64,000 bases of DNA from Gammaproteobacteria bacterium. Its GTDB lineage: Bacteria; Pseudomonadota; Gammaproteobacteria; Pseudomonadales; Pseudohongiellaceae. Below the pieces are notes generated by a model. It ran no database searches, was not told the origin of the DNA, and saw nothing but the letters and a program-made list of their open reading frames with translations. How positions within the stretch are numbered: the stretch's first letter is position 1; each line of letters starts with the position of its first letter. This document shows, in pieces, positions 27,926 through 40,668 of this stretch. Location: NCBI GenBank assembly GCA_016764875.1, contig JAESQX010000041.1, forward strand, positions 85 to 64,084, written 5' to 3'. Made by a program: the position numbers and the translations under genes.

Positions 27926-30010
27926 ATGACTATGTCCCGAAAAGATTTACTTATCGAAATCGGCACCGAAGAGTTGCCGCCAAAGGCTCTCAAGGCATTA
28001 AGTGTCGCGTTCTCGTCCGGTATACGTAGCGGATTAACCGGTGAAGGTTTGCAGTACGATTCCATCAAGTCATTCGCTACCCCCAGACGTCTTGCTGTGG
28101 TGGTTAATGCCCTGGCCGAGTCGCAGCCTGATAAGCGTATTGAAAAATTTGGTCCTGCTCTGAAAGCCGCGTTGGATGAATCTGGCAACCACACCCCCGC
28201 CGCGCTTGGATTTGCCAGGTCATGTGGTGTAGATGTCAAAGATCTTGAAACGGCTGAAAAAGACGGTGTGGAAAAACTTGTATTTCGAAGCATTGTCCAG
28301 GGGAAAAATACCTCTGCGCTTTTAGCCGATATCGTTTCCAGTTCTCTTAATAAATTACCCATTCCCAAAAAAATGCGCTGGGGTAGTTCCAGAGTAGAAT
28401 TTGTTCGTCCCGTTCATTGGATCGTGCTTTTATTTGGCAGTGAACCGGTTCAAGCTAATATCCTCGGGAAGGATGCAGGACGGTGTACTTATGGCCACCG
28501 CTTTCACCATCCAGACGCGATTATTCTTAGCTGTGTTGAGGACTATGAGAAGAGTTTAATCTCCCCTGGTTATGTAATTGCAGATTTTGAAACACGCAAA
28601 GAAAAAATTCGTTTGCTGATTTCAGATCAGGGCAGAAATATTTCGGCGACGGTTGTCATCGACGAAGATTTGCTTGATGAAGTCACTGCCCTGGTAGAGT
28701 GGCCCGTGGCACTGACCGGAACTTTTGATTCAGAGTTTCTTCTTGTCCCGGCAGAGGCCATAGTGTCGTCACTGAAATCTCATCAGAAATGTTTTTATGT
28801 TACCGATGATGAGGGTAAGTTGCTGCCTAACTTTATTACGGTCAGCAACCTTGAAAGCAAGGACACCGCCCAGGTAATCAAGGGCAATGAACGGGTTATC
28901 CGACCTCGTTTATCTGACGCCGAGTTTTTCTATCAAACTGATAAAAAACAGACACTTGAAAGTCGACTTGAGCGACTTAAAAGTGTTGTATTTCAGCAAA
29001 AACTGGGCACCGTCTACGAGAAAACGTTACGCGTTGCTTCCCTCTCCAGAGTCATTGCCGACCTGCTTGAAGCGGATGCCGATGCCTGTGAACGCGCCGC
29101 CATGCTTTGTAAATGTGACCTCGTTACCGCCATGGTGGGGGAGTTTGCTGACCTGCAAGGGGTAATGGGTAAGTACTACGCTCTTCACGATGGTGAAGAC
29201 AGCGAAGTAGCCAGCGCTCTTGATGAACAATATATGCCCAGACACGCCGGTGACAATCTACCCTCTACTGTAACGGGCAGCGTTCTTGCCCTGGCTGACA
29301 GACTGGACACTATGGCCGGCCTATTCGCTATTGGGCAACCACCCACCGGTTCTAAGGACCCCTTTGCTTTACGACGGGCGGCCATCGGTGTCCTTAGAAT
29401 TCTGATTGAAAAACAGTTGGATCTGGATATTCGCTTTTGTATTGAGAAAGCAGTTGAGCCCTATAAGGACCTTACTGCAAATTCTGACGTTGCAAATGAG
29501 GTGTTCAATTTTTGCCTGGACCGATTCAGATTCTGGTATCAGGATGAGGGTATCCCGGCCGAAGTATTTCAGTCCGTAATGGTCCTTAGGCCCACTAATC
29601 CTGTTGATTTTGATATTCGGATTAACGCTGTTAATCATTTTAATAAACTTCCTGAAGCAAAAGCGCTTTCAAGTGCAAACAAACGAGTGGCTAATATCTT
29701 GTCGAAGCTGGACCAGAATATTGATCAATTGACCCTGGATACGTCATTACTAACCGATACGGCTGAAAAAGTACTGGCTGAAGATATCCGCCTTAATGAA
29801 TTAGACGTGGCGCCTTTATTTGAATCCAGAAAATATCAGCAGGGCCTTGAGAAACTCTCTGGCATGAAAGACAACATCGATACCTTTTTCGATGAAGTAT
29901 TGGTAATGGCAGATGATCCGATAGTGAGGAATAACCGTATCGCTTTGTTATCGAGGCTCAGAGGCCTGTTTCTCCAGGTCGCCGATATCTCCTGTTTACA
30001 CAAGTCCTGA
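27926..30010 (+). CDS. glyS: glycine--tRNA ligase beta subunit
   Basis: 694 aa with N-terminus LLIEIGTEELPPKAL, directly downstream of glyQ. Confidence 0.95.
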   Translation: MTMSRKDLLIEIGTEELPPKALKALSVAFSSGIRSGLTGEGLQYDSIKSFATPRRLAVVVNALAESQPDKRIEKFGPALKAALDESGNHTPAALGFARSCGVDVKDLETAEKDGVEKLVFRSIVQGKNTSALLADIVSSSLNKLPIPKKMRWGSSRVEFVRPVHWIVLLFGSEPVQANILGKDAGRCTYGHRFHHPDAIILSCVEDYEKSLISPGYVIADFETRKEKIRLLISDQGRNISATVVIDEDLLDEVTALVEWPVALTGTFDSEFLLVPAEAIVSSLKSHQKCFYVTDDEGKLLPNFITVSNLESKDTAQVIKGNERVIRPRLSDAEFFYQTDKKQTLESRLERLKSVVFQQKLGTVYEKTLRVASLSRVIADLLEADADACERAAMLCKCDLVTAMVGEFADLQGVMGKYYALHDGEDSEVASALDEQYMPRHAGDNLPSTVTGSVLALADRLDTMAGLFAIGQPPTGSKDPFALRRAAIGVLRILIEKQLDLDIRFCIEKAVEPYKDLTANSDVANEVFNFCLDRFRFWYQDEGIPAEVFQSVMVLRPTNPVDFDIRINAVNHFNKLPEAKALSSANKRVANILSKLDQNIDQLTLDTSLLTDTAEKVLAEDIRLNELDVAPLFESRKYQQGLEKLSGMKDNIDTFFDEVLVMADDPIVRNNRIALLSRLRGLFLQVADISCLHKS

Positions 30011-30073
30011 TAACATATTCCGGGCTTCTCAGCACTGTCAGCCATTCTATTTTGCCGAACCTGAGGCGATACA

Positions 30074-30622
30074 TTGAAACTTGTTATTCTTGACAGAGAC
30101 GGCGTAATAAACGAAGACTCTGACGATTACATAAAGTCCCCTGAGGAATGGATACCGATTGACGGCAGTATCAATGCCATTTGTGAATTAGGCCGCCACG
30201 ATTTTATAGTTGTTGTAGCCACCAATCAATCCGGAATTGGCCGAGGGCTATTTGATGAATACGACCTCGCCAGAATTCATCAGAAAATGTGCTCTGCGAT
30301 TGAGGACGCTGGTGGATTTATCCACGGCATATTTTTCTGCCCCCATGCCCCGCATGAAAACTGTAATTGCAGAAAACCGAAAACCGGGCTACTTTCAGCA
30401 ATTGCCAGTGAATTTAATCTCAGCCTGGAGGGTATTCCGTTCATTGGAGATAGCCTCAAGGATATTGAGGCCGCAAGATCCAGCCATTGTGACCCCATTT
30501 TAGTGAAAACAGGGAATGGTGAAAAAACTCTTGCCGCAATAAGCGGGAAAGATTTAAAGGGAATAACCATTGCAACCGACCTTCGCCATGCCGTGCCGAA
30601 TATAATTGACAGATATTCCTGA
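30074..30622 (+). CDS. gmhB: D-glycero-beta-D-manno-heptose 1,7-bisphosphate 7-phosphatase
   Basis: TTG start, 182 aa. HAD motif LDRDGVIN and Zn-binding CPHxxxxxCxCRKP. Confidence 0.9.
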   Translation: MKLVILDRDGVINEDSDDYIKSPEEWIPIDGSINAICELGRHDFIVVVATNQSGIGRGLFDEYDLARIHQKMCSAIEDAGGFIHGIFFCPHAPHENCNCRKPKTGLLSAIASEFNLSLEGIPFIGDSLKDIEAARSSHCDPILVKTGNGEKTLAAISGKDLKGITIATDLRHAVPNIIDRYS

Positions 30623-31332
30623 TGCGACAATTGATCCTATTTCTACGCGCTGTGTTGTTTTACCTGGGCTATTACCTGGGAACAATTGTAATTACCCTGG
30701 TGTGTTTTATAGTTATCTGGTTCATTCCTGATTCAAAACGATACCTTTTCTACTCTGTCTGGTGTCGATTTATTCTTAGCTGGTTAAGAATTACCTGTGG
30801 CGTGCGCCATGAAATTCAGGGCCTTGATAATATTCCAGACCAGGCTGTTGTAGTGCTGTCCAACCATCAAAGTGAGTGGGAAACAATTTTTTTATATCTT
30901 TATCTTGCGCCTATTTGCCCGATCCTAAAAAAGGAGCTGCTTAATATCCCTTTTTGGGGATGGGCAATGAGCCTACAGCATCCTATCGCTATAGATCGAA
31001 CGAAGCCTCACGAAGCGGGCAAATCTATTCTTACCCAGGGAATGGATCGGATTAAAAATGGACGATCAGTGATTATTTTCCCGGAAGGGACACGAACCCA
31101 TGTCGACAAGGTTAAAAAGTTTACCCGGGGAGGAGCCAAATTAGCCATTGCAGCAGGGGCTCCTATTTTACCGATTGCCCACAATGCGGGTCATTGCTGG
31201 CCGCCACACAAGATGTTGAAATACCCTGGCACAGTTCAAGTTTATGTAGGTAAGCCCATTGCGACAGATTCTGCGGATGCAAAGGAATTAACCGAGTCAG
31301 TAGAAACCTGGATTCGGCAACATATTGTCTAA
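30622..31332 (+). CDS. plsC: 1-acyl-sn-glycerol-3-phosphate acyltransferase
   Basis: 236 aa with an N-terminal TM helix and acyltransferase motifs NHQSEWE and FPEGTR. Confidence 0.88.
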   Translation: MRQLILFLRAVLFYLGYYLGTIVITLVCFIVIWFIPDSKRYLFYSVWCRFILSWLRITCGVRHEIQGLDNIPDQAVVVLSNHQSEWETIFLYLYLAPICPILKKELLNIPFWGWAMSLQHPIAIDRTKPHEAGKSILTQGMDRIKNGRSVIIFPEGTRTHVDKVKKFTRGGAKLAIAAGAPILPIAHNAGHCWPPHKMLKYPGTVQVYVGKPIATDSADAKELTESVETWIRQHIV

Positions 31333-31360
31333 ATCCAGCTTTTTATGATACAGACGATAC

Positions 31361-33784
<2,424 letters not shown>

Positions 33785-33810
33785 TTATATACTCCAGAAA
33801 TACTACAATA

Positions 33811-34887
33811 TCAGATCGATATTTTACCATGTTCCACGTGGAACTGAGCTACTAAAGCTGTTGATTCCCATGAATTTTCCAATGATTCTCTATCCACGCA
33901 GGTCATAAAAATCTGGTTCCCCAGCCCTTGGAGGAATCGACATATATTTGCCCTATTATTCTTATCAAGTTCAGATGGCAGATCGTCTATAAGAAAAATG
34001 CACCGCCTGCTTTCTGTTTTCGATTGAAAAGCACCTTGCGCCAATTTGAGGATGCTGACCAAGATTTTTTGTTGCCCCCTCGACAAAACGTCAACCGCGG
34101 AGATGCCACCACTTTTAACGACAATGTCAGCACGATGAGGGCCGTTTTGTGTAGAACCGTATTTTACATCGATGCTTAACGAGCGCTCCAGCACCTCAGC
34201 AAGGTCTAGCTCATTGTCCCAACCCCTGCGATAGGTAATTGAAATGTCTCCAATTGCGCCTATCTTGCATAGAACATCGTTAAATATCGGTAAAAAATCA
34301 GTAAAGTACCTTTCCCTTGCCCTGTCCACTAGTGCCGCCTCTTTGCACAGTTCAATATTCCATGCCCGGAGTTGGCTCATATCAGGACGCCCGCTTTTTA
34401 GTAGCAGGTTCCTGTGAGCGATACACTTTCTACTATTACGCCAATGAGATACAAAAGAGGGTTCCACGTGAAACACTCCCCAATCCAGAAATTTTCTTCT
34501 GTCCTTTGGGCTTCCTTCCAGTAGGCGGAAGGTATTTGAATCAATTACCTGAACGGGTATCAAGCGGGCGACTTCAAGCCAATTGGGCTGTCTTTCCCCT
34601 TGTAACTTGAGAAGAGGTTTTTGATTTCGGCCCTTCAGTAGGCCTACAGCAAGACTGTCATCCAGCTTTGCGAAAATGGAACATTCCTTTCTGCCGTTTT
34701 GAATCAACGGGGCTATTTTGGTGCTTCTGAACGACTTTCCTGCCGCAAGCAAGTAAATTGCTTCGAGAATACTGCTCTTGCCACTACCATTAATACCGTG
34801 AAGAAGATTTATCTGTTCACCCGGACAAAAAGACAGCTGGTCGATATTCCTTACCCCGGAAATATCAATTCTATTAATCACTGTCAT
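33811..34887 (-). CDS. recF: DNA replication and repair protein RecF
   Basis: 358 aa with Walker A GINGSGKSS and an SMC-like signature, in dnaA-dnaN-recF-gyrB order. Confidence 0.95.
   Translation of the reverse strand: MTVINRIDISGVRNIDQLSFCPGEQINLLHGINGSGKSSILEAIYLLAAGKSFRSTKIAPLIQNGRKECSIFAKLDDSLAVGLLKGRNQKPLLKLQGERQPNWLEVARLIPVQVIDSNTFRLLEGSPKDRRKFLDWGVFHVEPSFVSHWRNSRKCIAHRNLLLKSGRPDMSQLRAWNIELCKEAALVDRARERYFTDFLPIFNDVLCKIGAIGDISITYRRGWDNELDLAEVLERSLSIDVKYGSTQNGPHRADIVVKSGGISAVDVLSRGQQKILVSILKLAQGAFQSKTESRRCIFLIDDLPSELDKNNRANICRFLQGLGNQIFMTCVDRESLENSWESTALVAQFHVEHGKISI
33831..33846. promoter_or_regulatory. parS centromere-like site (within recF 3' end)
   Basis: TGTTCCACGTGGAACT has a perfect 14-bp palindromic core GTTCCACGTGGAAC. 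It matches the palindromic parS TGTTCCACGTGGAACA at 15 of 16 positions. Confidence 0.8.
34460..34475. promoter_or_regulatory. parS centromere-like site (within recF)
   Basis: GGTTCCACGTGAAACA matches the parS consensus TGTTNCACGTGAAACA at 15 of 16 positions. Confidence 0.8.
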
Positions 34888-34938
34888 ATGTCCTGGTCAG
34901 CGCTGCCTTCTGAAGTCAGGCACAGCCTCTATCCTCCT

Positions 34939-36048
34939 TTACAACCGCATGGGCATTACAACATAGAGCGCTTCGTTACTGCCCCCACCTTCTGCCTCTA
35001 GCAACGCGCTGCTATTAGGGTCAGAAAGGGTAAGCCTCACGTTACTGGTATGCAGTGCCGTCAAAACATCAATCAGATAACTTACGTTAAACCCTATCTC
35101 CAGATCATCACCGGTATAATCGACCGATACTGTCTCCTCGGCCTCTTCCTGTTCGGGGTTATTCGCCATAATCCTGAGCTCTCCCGACGAAAGCATGAGT
35201 CTCACTCCTCTATACTTCTCATTGGATAGTATGGAAACCCGGGAGAAAGCCTGGCGCAACTCTTGTCGGTCTCCAATTACATTCTTGTTACCACCTTTTG
35301 GCAATACGCGATTGTAGTCAGGAAATTTCCCGTCAACCAGTTTTGAAGTGAAAGTATAATCCGGCATTCTTGCTCGAATGTGGCTGCTGCCGAAAACCAG
35401 CGTTAGCTCACCGTCTTCCTCACCAATAAGTCGAACCAGCTCCATTATGCCTTTTCGCGGTAATATTAGTTGCTGCGTCTGGTCTGTTTTATTATTCATC
35501 GACACTGTTTGCATGGCCAAACGGTGCCCATCTGTAGCGACAACCCTCAAATAATCAGTCGCTACTTCGAAAAGCATACCATTCAAATAATAACGTACAT
35601 CCTGCTGCGCCATAGCAAAACTGGTGCTGTCCAACAGATTTTTGAGTTTAATCTGGTCAATCGTAATAGAAAATGTACCTGGCTCATCATCGACCTGAGG
35701 AAACTCTGAAGCTGGTAAGGTGGCTAGCGTAAAGCGGCTGCGTCCAGATTTAATAACCAGTTTTTCGTCTGAAAGATTGAAATTCAGGGTTGAGCCATCC
35801 GCAAGTGATTTACAAATATCCACCAATTTCCTTGCCGGCACAGTTATCCCACCCGGTTGGCTGCCCTTTTCTACAACTACCCGCCCCACCAGTTCGACCT
35901 CGAGATCCGTACCGGTAAGAGACAGTTCATCATTTTCAAGTGACAGCAGTACATTGGATAACACAGGTAATGTCTGTCTTCTTTCTACGACACCACTCAC
36001 CAATTGTAGTGGTTTGAGCAGTGCTTCCCTGGCTACGACAAATTGCAT
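34939..36048 (-). CDS. dnaN: DNA polymerase III beta sliding clamp
   Basis: 369 aa with N-terminus MQFVVAREALLKPLQLVSGVVE and C-terminus VVMPMRL. Confidence 0.96.
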   Translation of the reverse strand: MQFVVAREALLKPLQLVSGVVERRQTLPVLSNVLLSLENDELSLTGTDLEVELVGRVVVEKGSQPGGITVPARKLVDICKSLADGSTLNFNLSDEKLVIKSGRSRFTLATLPASEFPQVDDEPGTFSITIDQIKLKNLLDSTSFAMAQQDVRYYLNGMLFEVATDYLRVVATDGHRLAMQTVSMNNKTDQTQQLILPRKGIMELVRLIGEEDGELTLVFGSSHIRARMPDYTFTSKLVDGKFPDYNRVLPKGGNKNVIGDRQELRQAFSRVSILSNEKYRGVRLMLSSGELRIMANNPEQEEAEETVSVDYTGDDLEIGFNVSYLIDVLTALHTSNVRLTLSDPNSSALLEAEGGGSNEALYVVMPMRL

Positions 36049-36074
36049 TTTTTTACTCTTTTTCTGTTTTTAAT

Positions 36075-37580
36075 TTAACCGGACAAAGACCTTAGCAGGT
36101 TGTTGTAGTCCTCTTCGATATCCGATGTTGTTTTGCGAAGCTTGCTGATTTGTTTGCAGGCATGAAGTACGGTGGTATGGTCCCTGCCCCCAAAAGCGTC
36201 CCCGATTTCCGGTAAACTATGGTTTGTGAGCTCCTTTGACAAGGTCATGGCAACCTGCCTTGGCCGTGCAACAGATCTATTGCGCTTTTTTGACAACATG
36301 TCGCCCATTTTGATCTTATAGTACTCCGCAACAGATCGCTGGATGTTATCAATTGACACCATCTTGTCTTGAACAGCAAACAAATCCCTCAGTGCTTCCT
36401 TTATTAGCTCAAGGTCGATAGGACGCCCGACAAACCCTGCATGGGCAATCACCTTTTTAAGCGCCCCTTCGAGCTCTCTGACATTAGAGCGCAGCCGCTG
36501 GGCAATAAACATGGCCGCTTCATTTGGCAAATCAACATGGGAGAGTGCCGCCTTTTTCATAAGGATCGCCGCCCGAGTCTCCAACTCTGGAGGCTCCACC
36601 GCTACGGTGAGGCCCCAACCAAATCTCGACTTTAGCCTTTCTTCTAACCCTTTGATTTCTTTATGAAATCTATCGCAAGTTAGAATTATTTGCTGCCCTC
36701 CCTCTAATAGCGCATTAAAAGTATGGAAAAATTCTTCCTGGGAGCGCTCTTTCCCGGCAAAAAACTGAATATCATCTATCAACAACGCATCTGCCGAGCG
36801 ATAAAATCGCTTGAATTCATTAATGGCATTCAGCTGCAACGCTGAAACCATGGTCCCCACAAAAGTCTCAGAATGCAGATACACTATTTTTGCGTCAGGT
36901 TTCCTGGCCAGCATGTAATTTCCAATCGCATGCATCAAGTGTGTTTTACCAAGCCCAACACCGCCGTATATAAAAAGCGGGTTGTAAGCTTTGCCGGGAT
37001 TTTCAGCTACTTGCATGGCGGCGGCTCTCGCCAGCTGATTTGATTTGCCAACAATAAAATTGTCAAAGGTGCTGTCTTCGTTAAGCTTGCCCCTATGACG
37101 TAACTTACCTTCAATTATAGTGTCGACGTTGCGCTGTCTGCGCTGATCAGCTCCGGAACTCGCCCTGGAGATAGTCGGCTTAACCTCCAACTTCCTGGAA
37201 CCTCTATAGACGGGTAGTGATTGGCTGGACAACCTTGGATCAGCATTAAACCCGGTACTTACGGAAGGCAGAAAATCCGGTTGTTGCGGATCATTGTATT
37301 CGACTTTCACCTTTTGCTGTACTGTGAAGCTGCCATTACCTGCGACCACATCCAACACTACTTCTACCGACTCATCACCGCTGATTTCCCTTAATAACTC
37401 GTTGATTCGATCTAGAAATTTATCATTTACCCAATCCATTACGAATCGATTGGGCGCAAAAACAGTTACACTGTCAGGCCCTGATTCAGCCTGCAGAGGC
37501 CTTATCCAGGTGTTGAACTGTTGATAGGGAAGCTCACTTCTTAAACTGTTGATACACTCTTGCCAATTTCCCGCCAGCAC
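36075..37580 (-). CDS. dnaA: chromosomal replication initiator protein DnaA
   Basis: GTG start, 501 aa. AAA+ Walker [11 protein letters not shown] and a C-terminal DnaA-box binding domain ([11 protein letters not shown]). Confidence 0.97.
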   Translation of the reverse strand: MLAGNWQECINSLRSELPYQQFNTWIRPLQAESGPDSVTVFAPNRFVMDWVNDKFLDRINELLREISGDESVEVVLDVVAGNGSFTVQQKVKVEYNDPQQPDFLPSVSTGFNADPRLSSQSLPVYRGSRKLEVKPTISRASSGADQRRQRNVDTIIEGKLRHRGKLNEDSTFDNFIVGKSNQLARAAAMQVAENPGKAYNPLFIYGGVGLGKTHLMHAIGNYMLARKPDAKIVYLHSETFVGTMVSALQLNAINEFKRFYRSADALLIDDIQFFAGKERSQEEFFHTFNALLEGGQQIILTCDRFHKEIKGLEERLKSRFGWGLTVAVEPPELETRAAILMKKAALSHVDLPNEAAMFIAQRLRSNVRELEGALKKVIAHAGFVGRPIDLELIKEALRDLFAVQDKMVSIDNIQRSVAEYYKIKMGDMLSKKRNRSVARPRQVAMTLSKELTNHSLPEIGDAFGGRDHTTVLHACKQISKLRKTTSDIEEDYNNLLRSLSG

Positions 37581-37663
37581 GCCGATTCACCCCAGATCCC
37601 AGATTGATTTTTTATTTTGCTTTTATAACAACACAACGCAATTCTAACTCATAAGAAAAAAAC

Positions 37664-37672
37664 TTATCCACA
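37664..37672 (+). promoter_or_regulatory. DnaA box, perfect consensus TTATCCACA
   Basis: Exact 9-mer read in the sequence, in the dnaA upstream region. Confidence 0.85.
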
Positions 37673-37812
37673 AGGGGAAGGCCAAAACACAAAACTTTTA
37701 CTCCTCTTTTTTCTTTTATTAATCAACCCATTATATAGAAGTGAAAAAAAACACCCGATAAAAACAGAGGTCAAAATAATTATCAATTAACTGGACACCT
37801 AAAAAAGTAAGC

Positions 37813-37821
37813 TGTGGATAA
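37813..37821 (-). promoter_or_regulatory. DnaA box, perfect consensus (TGTGGATAA on the plus strand)
   Basis: Exact 9-mer read in the sequence, 141 nt from the other perfect box. Confidence 0.85.
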
Positions 37822-37984
37822 CTTGTGACTAACAAGGTGGCAAAAATCTCCGATTACAATTAACCTGAAATGCAAAGACTACCCCCTTCCGCTTACAATT
37901 TTTCATATTTCCCTGGATAAAGTCTTTCTGCAATTCTCCCAAGACTCCCAGCCACAAAGACCACTACACATAGATTCTTTTGCA

Positions 37985-38013
37985 TTGCATCTTATTGTTA
38001 AAACCACTAGAAT
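37985..38013 (+). promoter_or_regulatory. putative sigma70 promoter for rpmH-rnpA
   Basis: TTGCAT, a 17-nt spacer, then TAGAAT, ending 64 nt upstream of the rpmH ATG. Confidence 0.4.
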
Positions 38014-38076
38014 TCGCGATCACTTTTCGAACCTGATTTATTCTGGTTTGCAAGAGACTTAACGGAACCTTCGATT

Positions 38077-38211
38077 ATGAAAAGAACATTTCAACCTAGT
38101 TTGATAAAACGGGCCAGAGTCCACGGGTTCAGGGCAAGAATGGCGACAAAAGGCGGCAGACGGGTAATTAAAAGACGTCGTTCAAAAGGCCGCGCCAAGC
38201 TGTCCGCCTAG
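38077..38211 (+). CDS. rpmH: 50S ribosomal protein L34
   Basis: Not in the ORF track because it is under 60 aa. The manual translation [44 protein letters not shown] (44 aa) is canonical L34. Confidence 0.95.
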   Translation: MKRTFQPSLIKRARVHGFRARMATKGGRRVIKRRRSKGRAKLSA

Positions 38212-38251
38212 AGTACCCTTTTCTACCTAACCCAGCAGGAAAGAGAGTAAC

Positions 38252-38617
38252 GTGCCTGACTATGGCTTTCCCAAGGAGCTAAGGCTTACCAGGGCCGCCG
38301 AATACAAGGCTGTATTCAGCAAGGCAAAATATAAAGTTTCCTGCCGCTTCCTGCTCATTTTTGCCATCCGCAATGATCTACCGCAACCACGTCTGGGAGT
38401 AGTGGTAGGCAAGAAAAACGTAGCCAAAGCAGTACAGCGCAATAGGATAAAACGCGTACTGAGAACTTCTTATCGGCTTAATCAGGATTTGCTCAGCGGT
38501 CTCGACATCGTTATTCTTGCTCGCAGTAACCTTGATTCGCTGGATAATCAAAAATTGGCAGAACAGATTCAGTCTTTATGGCGAGACCTCGTAAAGAAAC
38601 ATACTGCTGACACCTGA
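38252..38617 (+). CDS. rnpA: ribonuclease P protein component
   Basis: GTG start, 121 aa, basic protein with the RNR-like motif [10 protein letters not shown], directly after rpmH. Confidence 0.92.
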   Translation: MPDYGFPKELRLTRAAEYKAVFSKAKYKVSCRFLLIFAIRNDLPQPRLGVVVGKKNVAKAVQRNRIKRVLRTSYRLNQDLLSGLDIVILARSNLDSLDNQKLAEQIQSLWRDLVKKHTADT

Positions 38618-38655
38618 GAACACGCAACGCTCTGCGTCTGGTTCACTATATAACA

Positions 38656-38916
38656 ATGATTACTAAACTGACTTTAAAACTAATTACTGCTTACCAGTTC
38701 AGTTTGAGCCTGTTTATCGGAAACCAGTGCCGCTTTTACCCCAGTTGTTCCCAATATACCAAACAGGCCATAGAAACCCACGGGTTGATCAAGGGCAGTG
38801 GACTGGGAATAAAAAGAATAGCAAGTTGCCACCCATGGCATGAAGGGGGCTATGACCCGGTTCCTGATTCAACTCAAAAATGCTGCGATAAAACCAATAT
38901 CACTATAGAGAACTAA
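38656..38916 (+). CDS. yidD: membrane protein insertion efficiency factor YidD
   Basis: 86 aa with the [10 protein letters not shown] motif, between rnpA and yidC. Confidence 0.9.
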   Translation: MITKLTLKLITAYQFSLSLFIGNQCRFYPSCSQYTKQAIETHGLIKGSGLGIKRIASCHPWHEGGYDPVPDSTQKCCDKTNITIEN

Positions 38917-38923
38917 GTAAAAA

Positions 38924-40633
38924 ATGGACCTTTCCCGATTCTTTTTATACTCAGCCCTGGCGGTAGTCACCTACCTCCTTTTGCTGGCCTGGAATGAAGA
39001 CTACCCACGCCAGATCGCTGAACAGGACTCAAGCCCTGTAACCTCGCTTTCTTCGGTTCCCGACACGGCTGTGCCTACAACAGCCCAGAGCGACATACCG
39101 GCACAGGTACCTCAGGCCCAGGCCCTGACGACTGGCAACACCGAAAATCCAGCCAATATCGACGCACCACAAACAAACCCGCAAATATCTCAATCCCGGC
39201 TAGTTACCATATCCACGGATACCCTGGAACTCAGTATAGATCTCAATGGCGGCGACATAGTTGGCCTGGCGTTACCACAATACCTGCGCCAGATTGATGT
39301 ACCTGATGAGCCTTTCGTTCTTCTTGAATCTGGCCCAGGGCGAGATTATATTGCCCAATCCGGTCTTATTGGCGTAAATGGCATTGATAACACCAGTCGT
39401 GCCCGCTATAGAACATCATCCTCATCTTATCGCCTGGATCCGGATCAGGACTCCCTGAGTGTGGACTTACTTACTACTGATGCCAATGGCGTAGCGGTGT
39501 TAAAGCGGTTTTCATTCGAGCGGGGTAGCTATGTTATAGACGTCACCTACGAAGTTACCAACACTACAAACAGCCAATGGCAGGCCAATGTCTTCGGACA
39601 GATCAAACGCAGTGGTTTTGATGATCCCAGTGATGCTGGTGGCTTTTCCCGCACCTTTCTCGGATTTGCCACCACATCAGACGATGATCCCTACAACAAG
39701 GTAGAATTTGAAGACATTGATGATGGTATTGCTCCCCACGATATGACAGGAGGCTGGATTGCCTTTAGCCAGCACTATTTCCTCACCGCCTGGATCCCGA
39801 ACCAGACCCAACGAAACAATTTTTCTACCCGTAAAAATATCGCTAATCAATATATTGGTGGCTTTGTCAGTCCGGCTTTTGCGGTTGCACCAAATACCAC
39901 GGCCAGCCAATCCTTTCGCCTCTATGCTGGCCCAACAGACCAGAATTTACTGGCAGAACTCGCCCCCAACCTTAATTTGACCATTGATTATGGCTTTCTC
40001 TTTTTCCTGGCTGCACCAATCTACTGGTTGCTCACTCACATAGAGCCTTTTGTCCATAATTATGGCCTGTCCATTATCCTACTGACTGTTCTGGTCAAGG
40101 GTATCTTCTATAAGCTCACTGAAACACAGTATAAATCCATGGCTGGTATGAGAAGAGTCATGCCAAAAATGCAGCAGTTAAAAGAGAGTTATGGTGATGA
40201 CAAGGTAAAACTGCAGAAAGCGACCATGGAGCTCTATAAGAAAGAAAAGATAAATCCGTTCGGCGGCTGCTTGCCAATGCTGGTACAAATGCCGGTTTTT
40301 ATCTCTCTATACTGGATGCTGATGCGCAGCGTAGAATTACGTCACGCGCCTTTTTTCCTGTGGATAAATGACTTGTCCGTGATGGATCCCTATTTCGTTC
40401 TGCCACTTCTTATGGGTGCATCAATGTTTCTTCAAATGTCTCTCAGCCCTGCCCCGGGTGATCCCATGCAGGCTAAGGTAATGAAGTTTATGCCAATTAT
40501 GATGACCTTGTTTTTCCTCTGGTTTCCAGCAGGGCTTGTTTTATACTGGTTGGTTAATAGTGTCCTGGGTATTCTTCAGCAGTGGTATATAACGAGAAAA
40601 ATCGAAGCAAAATATGCTGCTAAGAGCTCCTGA
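38924..40633 (+). CDS. yidC: membrane protein insertase YidC
   Basis: 569 aa with an N-terminal TM helix, a large periplasmic domain and a C-terminal 60-kDa insertase core (NPFGGCLPMLVQMPVF). Confidence 0.95.
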   Translation: MDLSRFFLYSALAVVTYLLLLAWNEDYPRQIAEQDSSPVTSLSSVPDTAVPTTAQSDIPAQVPQAQALTTGNTENPANIDAPQTNPQISQSRLVTISTDTLELSIDLNGGDIVGLALPQYLRQIDVPDEPFVLLESGPGRDYIAQSGLIGVNGIDNTSRARYRTSSSSYRLDPDQDSLSVDLLTTDANGVAVLKRFSFERGSYVIDVTYEVTNTTNSQWQANVFGQIKRSGFDDPSDAGGFSRTFLGFATTSDDDPYNKVEFEDIDDGIAPHDMTGGWIAFSQHYFLTAWIPNQTQRNNFSTRKNIANQYIGGFVSPAFAVAPNTTASQSFRLYAGPTDQNLLAELAPNLNLTIDYGFLFFLAAPIYWLLTHIEPFVHNYGLSIILLTVLVKGIFYKLTETQYKSMAGMRRVMPKMQQLKESYGDDKVKLQKATMELYKKEKINPFGGCLPMLVQMPVFISLYWMLMRSVELRHAPFFLWINDLSVMDPYFVLPLLMGASMFLQMSLSPAPGDPMQAKVMKFMPIMMTLFFLWFPAGLVLYWLVNSVLGILQQWYITRKIEAKYAAKSS

Positions 40634-40668
40634 GCCGAATTCAACTTCCTGGCCAACTCTGCCACACT

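Larger units (their letters stand above)
37581..38076. other. candidate chromosomal replication origin (oriC) in the dnaA/rpmH divergent spacer
   Basis: Contains two perfect DnaA boxes in opposite orientation, extra 7/9 boxes (e.g. CCTGGATAA at 37912-37920) and AT-rich tracts (37600-37632, 37701-37724). Gene orientation switches from minus to plus here. Confidence 0.7.

Noticed and set aside
27904-28368. 154-aa ORF antisense to glyS. Similar long antisense ORFs occur at 9634-10095 (polA), 24539-24991 (trkH) and 41286-41741 (mnmE).
   Set aside because: All are fully embedded antisense in strongly conserved genes. They have no ribosome-binding site, show biased low-complexity composition (Ser/Arg/Pro/Ala rich) and resemble no family. 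This is the expected shadow of codon bias on the opposite strand.
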